Origin: Amoebidium appalachense
Taxonomy: Eukaryota; Protista; Ichthyosporea
NCBI GenBank assembly: GCA_963693365.1
Contig: CAVNZM010000018.1
Coordinates: forward strand, 987,861-1,051,860
Length of the DNA: 64,000 nt
Direction of reading: 5' to 3'
Position numbers and translations under genes: made by a program
In this document: positions 53,540 through 64,000 of the stretch, in pieces
Numbering within the stretch: the first letter of the stretch is position 1
Layout: each line of letters starts with the position of its first letter
Notes under the pieces: generated by a model
Seen by the model: the letters and a program-made list of their open reading frames with translations, nothing else
Told to the model about the DNA's origin: nothing
Databases searched by the model: none

Positions 53540-54679
53540 AGCTGATATTGTATCCCGGGGAGTCAACCCTCCCCCCCCCCAAAAAAAAAAAATAAAAAAA
53601 TAAAACCCCCCTTGATATATAATCATCACCCATGTACTTTGATATGACGCTGTGGGGATATACCGAGTTCAAATCCCCCATCCTGAGACTTGTCTCGGTG
53701 CTTCGAGTAAACAGCGTAAACCCTTAATGATTGGCAGTTGTGTCTTTCCATATAAGGACGTCTCCACGTGCCGTGTTCACATAGCTATAGTGTTTACACT
53801 GGGTTGTAGCACCAATCGGAGCAAGGCAGGCCCTTTGCGCAATCACGTAAGATTGCAATAACTTGATGATTGGCTGGGGCTAGAATTCAGTTTGACCTAT
53901 CAAACAACAGCAATCGTATGTACACATTGCCCAAAGGCCTGCCTTAGAGTGCCTTAAAATTCCTCCGATGTCGATTGGTTTAATTAGGATTCGATGCAAA
54001 AACCCTCCCGTGTGTGTATATATCTAGTTCCACCCAACCGGGACTGTGGGCGGTGCACACCGAGCCAATCGATCGGCAGTGACCCATCCAGCTATTACGT
54101 AATTGCTCAATGTGCTATTATAACACAAGAACGGATTGAGCAGCCCATAAACACACTTGCTAAATACCCAAATAGGCAACTCTCTAAATCTCAATGTGGT
54201 GTTTGCTTGGCTTCGTCTCCCCACACCCTCCTCTCCACCCACGACCACAAGGACTTGTGTCTGGCAGCCATCTGAGGGCCTTGCATCGGGGGCTGACCGT
54301 GGTGTCTAGCCCAATCAGATTGCAGAGACCTGCCCACACACCCAACCTAATTCCATGCGTTCCGTATGCCTGCCCTACTGTGCAAAATGACTCGAAGGCG
54401 CCACGGCCCAAAAAGGAAGGAGGCCAGGGCGGGGGGGGGGGGGGGGTTAGGGGACCTTATGGTGTACACTCAGGGCTCGGATGGGTTTGGTTGTCTCGGG
54501 AAGGGATTATTATGTTGGTTTGTGCCCGGGGGTCGGTGTGTGTTCATTGATCTGTTTTTTTGTGGATGGTGTAATACTATAAATATCTGCGTGGGCGGGG
54601 TGCACGAGGGGGGGGAGGGGAGGGTGGGGGGGGGGGGGGGGGAGACTCGACGGGAGTACATGATATTTATGTGCGTGCG

Positions 54680-54722
<43 letters not shown>

Positions 54723-56311
54723 GGCGGGCAGGCGGGCGGGCGGGGGCGGGCGGGCGGGCGGGCGGGCGGGCGGGTGGGCGGGCGGGCGGGTGGGCGGGCG
54801 GGCGGGCGGGTGGGCGTTAGTGTGGTTGTGTGTGAGAGGTAGTCAAGGTGGCGGCGGCGGCGGCAGGGGGAGGGCGGCGGGGGGGGGGGGGGGGGGGGGG
54901 GAGGATCAGAACACGATGAACAGTATGAGGAAACATGGGATGACATCACTGCAGTCGTGAATCCATGGCCATTTCCACTCTGCTCTCTATTTTTAGCAAT
55001 GCCTTAAATCTAGGTACTGTGGTACCAATATATCCCTCCACTTTTGGTAAGATTAGGCCGTTATTAGAATGCAGTGCTTAAGTATAGAATGTCATGCACA
55101 CAATAACAATAAAGGTGAAAACCTGGGTGTGTATAATACATTACTATGCCCTACTAGTAGCATGTGCAGGCTAGGAGCAGCACGCAAGTACTCTGATAAG
55201 AAAGCGGATGCTTCAGCTGATAGTCACCGCACGACTAGTGTAACGTTTACTCGGACACACAACCCCGCCCAAGTGACCCAGGTCTGGAATGTACCACTCC
55301 TTCATAGTCTCGTGGTTTCCGCCGGTACCGGTCCGGTGCGGAGAGCACTGCTATGATACTTTAAAAAGGCGACAGCCAATAGGCATGGCCCTACTTAGAA
55401 TAAAGCACATGGCATTCACTGGCGTGAGTACATGAATACATGAGGGGTGATCATTATTTAGATTCACGTTATATTACAGTGCTACAGGTGTACGTCTAGT
55501 ACCCAATAAAGTGTCTGCAACACACAGTGTGCCGTGCATCTAATGTACATGCTGGCCAAGTGTTCCGCGTCATGTGCATCGCTCCCAACTGCATAATTAA
55601 GGTTCAGAGCAACTGCCCTAATAAGGAATACTGAAGTGATGCAGCCGATTGGTAGCTGCTTCCGAGGCTCTATTCCAGCCACTGCCGAGAGGACACAAAG
55701 GCACGTAGACTGGTTGGGGGCAAAGGCACGGTGTGCGCGTGCATGGACACAACAATGTCTACAGAGGGCACCCATATGCGGGTGATTTTGCACTCAGATG
55801 CGTTGTATATGTTGTTTGGTAGGTAGGGGGGAGCTGGTGGGGGGAAGAGGGAAGAAAGGAATAGGGGGAGTGAGGAGGGGAGGGGGGTTGGTGGGTCTTG
55901 GGGGGGGGGGGGGGGGGGGGGGAGGGGGAGGGGGACTCCGAGGGGGAGGGGGGTTGTTAGGCTGTGCTAATGCTGCCTTTTTTGACAAAGCAGAGAGAAG
56001 AAAAGAGGCAATAGGAGATAGCAGTGGGCTGAGGATACGAGAGAAAAAATGGTGGTGGTGATGGTGGTGGTGGTGGTGGTGGTGGTGGTGGGGGGGGGGG
56101 GGGGGGGGTCATGCTATTCGTTCCTCATCCAGGTGGGGGGGGTTGGGAGGGCCTTAATTTGCGACGGGGTATGGCTGCTGCAGAGGCCATGCGACTGACA
56201 GTGTGCTTGTGCTGTTGTAGGCATTACAGTAGAAGAACTTGAAAGGCGGTTGAGGCTGATGGGGGGTGGCTGGGGTTTGATGTGGTCGTTGTTATTTTCC
56301 TAATGTGTGTG

Positions 56312-56419
<108 letters not shown>

Positions 56420-56864
56420 CACGTGTGTGCGTGTGTTCTTGTGTGTACATATGTACATATGTGTATGTGTGCGTGTTTGTGTGTGTGTGCGTGCGCGCGC
56501 GTGTGTGCACCTGCTTGCGTGTGTGCGTGTGTGCTTGTGTGTGATTTTTGAGTGTGTGTGTCACGAGTGTTGATATCAGTGTGCAGGTGTGTGTGTGTGT
56601 ACGTGTTTTCAACGGTTTGGTTATGTACGCGTGCGTGTGTGCGCACTGTACACGCGGCCATGTGCGTGTGCGTGTACACGTAAGCCTATGTGCCGTACGG
56701 ACTCATTACGACGTGCACACGTGTGCACCCGTTCGATCATTGCGGTGCACGTCTTGTCCGCGTGTTTACGTCCGATAGGATTTGGTCCGGGGGTTGCATA
56801 CTTCTTAGTTTGCGTTTCTCTAGTGCACGAAGCGCAAGGCAGGAGGACACGGAGGGAGGGGAGT

Positions 56865-56902
<38 letters not shown>

Positions 56903-57896
56903 AGTGAGAAAGGGGACACAGGTAGCCTGCTGGCATGTCATGCATATGATTTCAATATTAATTGAGCGGCATGCGGCGGCATGCCTGTCTTGAGGCGAAC
57001 GCGACTCCTGTGAATACAACCGTGTCTGTGGTAATGAGGTGTGAGGTGGCCCCCCATGAGATACTGAAATGCGTAAGCATATCTTACACACAGGGGCGGT
57101 GGCAGATCGCTGTGTGTGTTTTCTCAACTTGCGCGGCAAGTTGCGCCCAGGCTTGGCGTTTCTAAAGTTTGTTTGTTTACCAACTGGTACGCAAAAAGAC
57201 GGAATGCACACATTTGATTGGTAAGCAAGGCTATCAGTGAATGACCCTGATTCAAGATTGGCTAAATGTACAGGCGCTGCTCATTTGCAGAAAAGGGCGA
57301 ACAAACGAGCGTAATGGTATGCAAAAAGACAGAATACGTTTATTTGACTGGTAGAGGGTCAGAAAAAGCTTCTTTCAAAAATGCCGTTGAGTTGATTGGT
57401 GTTTTGTCACGTGGTGATGTGGGATTTTGCTTTATTTCCATATAGGGTTAGTTGGTGTTTGTGTTCTGCGGAGTTGATTAGATGTTCTGGTTTTTGTTGA
57501 TATTATAACATTTGATTGGCTTATTGAGTACGGCTTCAAATTCCAAACGGGTCGTGGGAAGTTGAACGCGTATAAATGCGAAGACATGTCCTTTTGAGTT
57601 CAGTTTTCACTTTTCGTCTTAGCGTTCAAGTGACAGCAGATGTAAAAGTGGGTTTCGAAGTTAATAATTAGTCGGTTAAACTACGTTTCGGGGGTGCTAA
57701 TAAAAAAACACACAAACGAGTTACTTTAGCTAGCTGGCCGTTTACCTTGTTGATTTCCCGACCCTCCCAGCCCGTTGTGGGGACAGATGAAGGGGCGTCC
57801 TTGGCCAGTGTGCGTTAGGGACACTGTCTCCTTCGTTAGGGTAGGGACTCACAAACACACACACACACACGCACGCACACACACGCACACACACGC

Positions 57897-57964
<68 letters not shown>

Positions 57965-58893
57965 TGTAAGTGCACTCACATACACGCACACAAACTAGTG
58001 ATAGGTTTGTTTGGGCTCGCTCTATACCAAATAACATGTATCAATAAAAGCGTTGAATCCCTCCCTTACGCTGTTACCTTGCCCTCTGTCCGACTCTACA
58101 CCCGCGCTGGGTGCTAATTTTTTTTTAGTGTACAACATGGCTTGGGTGCAGAGAGACAGAACAGCTGCCGCCGCTGCCAGACGACCCACAGAAAGGTGCG
58201 CGGGTTGGTGCTTGGGAAGGCTTGAGGGCAAAGTGTGGGAAGTTTGTTTCCTTTGTTTGCGTCAAGTTCTGGAACGATCCCGACTCCCCATGTGTCCCCC
58301 CCCCCCCCCCCCCCCCCCCCCCCTTCCCCCCTCCCCCCCCGCCCCCCCCTTCTCCCTATTCCCCCTCCGTCCCTGATGCACTCACCCTCTCACACACACC
58401 ATGTACACAGCCCTTTCTTGTCTAAATAGAGAAGGTAGTTGGCGAGCGTTCTATAGTCCGAAATTTACTCTTCCTTTCTGCTTTGGGTTTCTTTGAAATT
58501 GTCTGCTTTTGTGGGTTTCGGAGGAGATGGGTGGGGACGGGTTGGGAGGTTGCTGCTTGTGACACCCCTGCACGTCTATGATCGGTTAACTCGCCTATGG
58601 CCATTGAAACATAAGGAACCAATGGTGGGAGGTTAGAGGGTGGAGAGTCGTTGGGTTGTGGAGGCATTGAAGCCCCCTGTTGCTCTGTGTAGGTGTTTCC
58701 GGCCTGCACCTTTTTCTTTTTCCGTTTCTTTGATCCCCCCCCCCCCCCTCCCCCCCCCCCCCCCCCCCCCCCCCCCCGGGTGTGATTTCTGGTTATTGTG
58801 TTTTTGCTATGTTTTGTCTTTTGTCTTTTGGAGACTAATCCAGAATGCCAACTCTCTTATTCCTACCCTCCTAATGCATACACCATCTACATC

Positions 58894-58933
<40 letters not shown>

Positions 58934-59779
58934 CCTCCCCCCCCCCCCCCCCCCCCCCCCCTCCTCCTTCCCCCCACCCACCCACCCCGGACCTCCAGTG
59001 CAGCTTTTGCATTTACCTGTTGTGCTGTATGTGTGTCCGGGCATAGTTCGGTTTGTGCCAATTTGAAGCCGATGGCTGTAGTTGACAAGGGATCGCCCAA
59101 TTGTCGTTTCATCCCTTCCATATCCACCCTCCCCCCCCCTCCCCTCCCCCCTTCTCTTCCCCTTCCCCCGTTACTGGGTGCTTGGTGAGGGTGTGAGTCG
59201 AGGCGTTTTTCTTGTACCTGAACTTCTTTTCCCCCCCCTCTCTTTCCAAAAACCACAAACGGCCGAAGGTTTTTTAAGGGGTTTTGTGACGTTTTGTGTT
59301 TTGCCTTCTGGTGCCTTTTCCTCCATATTTCTAACCCTCTAATGTATACATATATTTTCTCGCCTCTGCTTACTGCTGCAACTCAAACCCCCGGTCTTTC
59401 TCACTGCCCTTGCCTGCCCATGGTCAAGTGAAGCAGTATCTGAGTTGGTGGTTCGTCGACGAGGTGGATGGGTCGAAATTCGGGTACTGTGGATGACTTG
59501 GGCCTCTTCTGAGGATGGGCTCTGCTTATTATGCATACTCTGTCATGTGTGGTTCACTTTGCATGGTGTTTTCCATTATGAATGTGTAATTTGTACTGTA
59601 TAACACGTTTCAACCCCCTCCCCCCCCCCCCCCCCTCCCTCCCCCCCCCCCCCCCCCCCCCCCCTCTTCCCCCTACCCGCCCTCTTCCCTTTCCCTTTGC
59701 CTTCTTCGCATCCCGACCGACTCTGCCACCATACGGCAAGCTTCCTCTCCTAATCAACCACCTTTATTTTATTATAGGG

Positions 59780-59845
<66 letters not shown>

Positions 59846-60384
59846 TAGCTACTCCTGAAACCACCCTGGTGCTTTGGCTTGGAAACACTCACCTAACCCC
59901 TCCTTTTTTTTGTGGGGGGGGGGGGGGGGGGGGGGGGGTCGTTCCCTTCCGGGGCTATCATTAGTTAAACTTTTCATCCCTGCACGTTCAAGCTTGTATG
60001 TTTCCTTTTCTCCCCCTTGATTTTTTGCCCTCCAGTTTTGTATGTTTCTGGTTGTCTTTTTTATATTGCTTCCGGGTTTTTCACCCATTTATTGCATAGA
60101 TCATATCCCTGGTTGCACACCGAACAGCCACCTGACCCACAATGACACAGCATTGCACAAATGGTTGCCCATCCCCTCAGTGGTTTTCCGCCTGTTTCTG
60201 TCTTCCCACCCTCCCTGTCTTATTCGCACACGGGCATACAAAGTGGTTAGACTAATAGTGTGCGTATTTTCTCACAGTCATACATAGGCATAGACAAAAA
60301 GTGTGCATATTTGCACACACGCATACATATGCATATACTAGTGTCACCGTGACCCAACATTACAAGCACACAGGTGTGCACGCA

Positions 60385-60455
60385 TTTTTCTAATGCCGAA
60401 AACGTTGCTGATACAACACTTTTTCTAATGCCGAAAACGTTGCTGATACAACACG
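60385..60455. repeat. Tandem duplication of TTTTCTAATGCCGAAAACGTTGCTGATACAACAC
   Basis: Two adjacent copies. Confidence 0.8.
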
Positions 60456-60668
60456 CATTCACACACAAAGGGAGAGGGGGAAAGAGGGTTGGAAGGGAGA
60501 GAAGGGAGGGGGGGGGGGGGGGGGGGGGGGGAGGAAGGGGGCGGAGGTGGAGAGGGGGATTGGTAATTGTGTTTTTTGTTACAAACTAACACACACACAC
60601 ACACACACGCGCGCGCGAGCGCACGCGCGCGAGCGCGCTCACGCAAACATCCCGCATCCCCCCCCCCC

Positions 60669-60699
<31 letters not shown>

Positions 60700-60739
60700 A
60701 CATATATGTTCACTTGCCTGTGTTCATGCACACACTTCG

Positions 60740-60769
<30 letters not shown>

Positions 60770-60770
<1 letters not shown>

Positions 60771-62834
60771 GTTCCTGCACGGCTGGCTACCAGACCACAT
60801 CCACGCCCGAATCATCAGCCACCTACCCCACACCGACCGACTCAACACCACTTTCATTTTTCGCTATTTTTGCCTTATTGCACGGTCATTTCAGGCCGGT
60901 GGTGTCGCTCTACATATACCCAAGCCTGATAGGTCTCAGGTCGACTATGACGCACTCCTGCAAGCATGGGGTGGTGCGGTGACTGAGGTGCGCTTGGACC
61001 TATCGAAACTGTACGCAGTTTTCAGGGAGGCGGAATGGCCGGAGCTGGCTGTCGCTGAATTATTTCTGATTGTTCGTTCTTGCAAAAAACTCGAACGATA
61101 CGACGTTTCCGGCAAACGGTCATCCGGAGACATCGATGACAACGCTCGAGTCTTGATCAAGAAAACACTTCTTTCCGTTCTCAGGTTGTCGGGGGGGATG
61201 AAGTGACTGGACGGAGTTAAACTAGGTGGGGTGGACGAGTGGATACCGATGGGGAATTTGGGTTTAACCCTGGCTGGTGTGGGGTGTAATCGGCTACGTG
61301 AAGTTTCGATCGCGGGAGACTTTGACGGGTGCAGCATCAATGACGCTGTATCGTCCCTCGGGCATTTGGCCCCTGTGTTGAAGAGCACGAGTGTCGCTCG
61401 GACCCACCATTGGAGAGCTGTGCCTGTGGTTGTCGATAGAATTGATCTCAGCCCGCTAGCCACCCACACCGCCCTCACCCGTCTGAAGGTATCATATCAC
61501 TAAGAACGGATTATGCACATCGAAAACCTGCCCAGCCTTACACGACTTGAAACGGTACATTTCAATGTCGCACTAATCGATCCCTCCATGCTAGCGCCAT
61601 GCACGACACTCACGGATGTTCGTATCCTCACAACGAACAGGCCCCCGGGCCAAATGGACCAAGGCGTTGCGGTGCTCCCCTTCCTGCCACGTCTTCGGTC
61701 CCTGTCGATAGCTATCAGCCCGGAGTATGGTGCACAGTGTCCATTTTAGCCATTAATTAGGACCGATTTGTCCGGTTATGCGGATTATCATGGGGGACTA
61801 CTCTAATCGATTTGCGTGCACTTGAGGGATCAACGGGGCTAACCAAACTCTATATATTTGTAAACACCTACCGTATAGCGCCCAGAAAGGCACCGGATTT
61901 TGTTCTCCCATCCCTGCCAGCGCTTCAGTTTGTCCGAGTTCATGCACACATGGTGGATTTGGAGCCGCTTCCGGTGTGCACGGAATTAAGACGTGTTGAC
62001 GTGACATGGTACCGCAAACCAACCGCGCCCCTAAACATCCAATCCGGCAAGCTGAAGCACTTGAATCTTTACGATCGTCCCCAGACCAATCGCCCCCGCA
62101 CATCCAAGATTGCATTTCTAGTCAAAGCCCACTTCCTTTCGTCTTTGCGTACCCTGTATGTCGAAAGATTTGGCATGGCGGGGCCGACCACAGCCACGTT
62201 CGTCGGTGAAACGAAATTTCTCGGCGAGTTAAGCCTGAGAACAACGAATGTGGGGTTGCATGCGGCACAGCCTGGTGATATCGATTTGCGCAACCTCGAC
62301 TGTTTGAAGAGACTGTACTTGGACGATGAGCCCTATGTGTCCCAACTGCTGCTTCCTATGAGTGGAGCTCTGGAACATATGTGTGCGAGCAAGTGCCCAA
62401 GATTGCAGATTCGAAGATTCCCGGCCAGTGTCCAGAGAGTGACGTTATGGAGTTGTCCTTTGCCGGCAATCACCGCTTTTTCCGGGTGTGTTTCCTTGGA
62501 GTACTATGGAATTAGTCTTTTTCCGGCATGTGACGCAATCAAATATTCAGTGGAAGAGAGTGTGTGGACAGACATCACGCCTTTCGTTCACCTTCCTACC
62601 CCTCAGACCCTCATACTTAACATCTGTTTGCCGGATTTGGATTTCCTGCCACTTTTGGCGTGCCCGGTGCTGAAGTCTGTGAGTGGTGACGGTAAATCGG
62701 GGCCTGAGGTGAGGAGGTTGCTCGAGGCACGTTGGCAGAACTCTCAGGTAAGAATGGGTTTGATTTTTTTACTAACCCATGGACGATATAGATATGCTCA
62801 TAATGACGGATACTATGTGTCAAGTGTTGCCTAG
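60770..62834 (+). pseudogene. F-box/leucine-rich-repeat gene 2, disrupted
   Basis: F-box-like LPDHIHARIISHLPHTDR..FRYF and LRRs (LPSLTRLETVHF, LRSLSI, LKRLYL). In-frame TGA at 61204 and TAA at 61501, and a frameshift at ~61740. ACAG acceptor ends at 60769. Confidence 0.75.
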
Positions 62835-63304
62835 ACATGATAAACTTTGCTGCCATAATATCACATTGTTCCTTAGGCATGAACAAATGGTACTGATGCT
62901 ATTGTTCTTAACTCATGTTAGTGTGCTACGGAAATATGGTTGACCATGCGCGCACATTTTGTGTGGGTGATCAGTGGTAGGTGAGGGTGGGATGTGGGGT
63001 GGAACTGTATTTTGTCTGTTTTTGTTTTGTTGTTGCTGGTGTAGGTGTAGGGGGAAGGGTGGGTGGGTGGGTGGGGGGGGGAAGGGTGGGTGGGGGGGGG
63101 GGGGGGGGGGGGGGGGGATAGTTTTTGTATTGAAGTTGGTGACGGATTGGTGGTGTAAGGGGATGGCGTGGGTGGGCGGGATGAAGCGGAGCAAGTGTGT
63201 GTGGGTGGGTGGGTGGATGTTTTTTTTTTTTTTTTTGTTTTTTTGTTGTTGTTTTTTTTTTTGTTTTTGTTTTTTTTTGTTTTTTTTTTTTGGGTGGTGG
63301 TGGT

Positions 63305-63345
<41 letters not shown>

Positions 63346-64000
63346 ATTTGTAGCTAGTACTAGATCGCCACACTACTTTGTTCCGAGAGCAAATTTAAAG
63401 ATGCCAGGTTGTTTTTAACTCTGTTTTCCCCAGGGATAGGTGGAGGGTTGACACCACACACGCAGCAAAGAATAACTGGACGGCCATTAATATTTGTTGC
63501 TAGTCATATGAGTATACACCTGCAGGTGCTTTGTATGTACTTATGATGCACACAAACAACCGTAGTAAATACTATACCTCGTTATGTAAGTGTACCGTGA
63601 TGTTCTCACGCTTCATACAAGTTACACACACACAGTAGTGTTCGAAACAGACATGCAGAAAGAACTATTATTGTCATCATATCAGTCGCACGAAATACAA
63701 GGAATTCTTCGTCGTCTTCTTTTCCTTTCTTTCTTTCTTTCTTTTTTTTTTCTATCTTTTTTTTTTTTTTTTTTGGTTTGAGATTTTGTATTTCAGCTTT
63801 CTTAATCCTCGTAGAGCCTTTTCCTTCTCACTCTATAAAAACAGTCTCTCTTTTGTTGTTTTGGTCCCGTGTGCGCGCGTGTGTGGGTCCAGGTGTGTGC
63901 TTGCATGTGTCGGGAGGGTGTTGCATTTGGGTTTTCTCGCATAACTTAACATAGCATGTTTGCGACCTATACCTCTGCTATGCAATATGTGGGTCGTCTG

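Noticed and set aside
55000-55800. Short ORFs in unique sequence
   Set aside because: No domain, codon or splice evidence

Overview
Eukaryotic, microsatellite-rich window ((CA)n, poly-C/G, intron-dense gene) with three parts. (1) 1-27.9 kb is a nested cluster of tyrosine-recombinase (DIRS-order) retrotransposons with split direct repeats (A1-gag-RT/RNaseH-YR-B1-A2-spacer-B2; Ngaro/PAT-like, no methyltransferase seen). It contains two near-full copies, three near-identical 3569-bp gag-less tandem units with dead pol but intact YR, loose terminal modules, and a divergent second subfamily. The B|A junction forms a 33-bp imperfect 13-7-13 palindrome (lox-like), and the B/spacer region keeps hairpins across subfamilies. 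(2) 29.8-41.9 kb, minus strand, is a ~24-25-exon S9/DAP2-like peptidase gene whose GxSxG nucleophile motif reads GVGAG. (3) 43-63 kb is an old duplicated cassette: conserved non-coding blocks, each set followed by a disrupted F-box/LRR gene. The first copy is interrupted by a LINE 3' end and a related structured-tail copy. Most long ORFs in the ORF track are microsatellite artefacts. All alignments and folds were done by eye.
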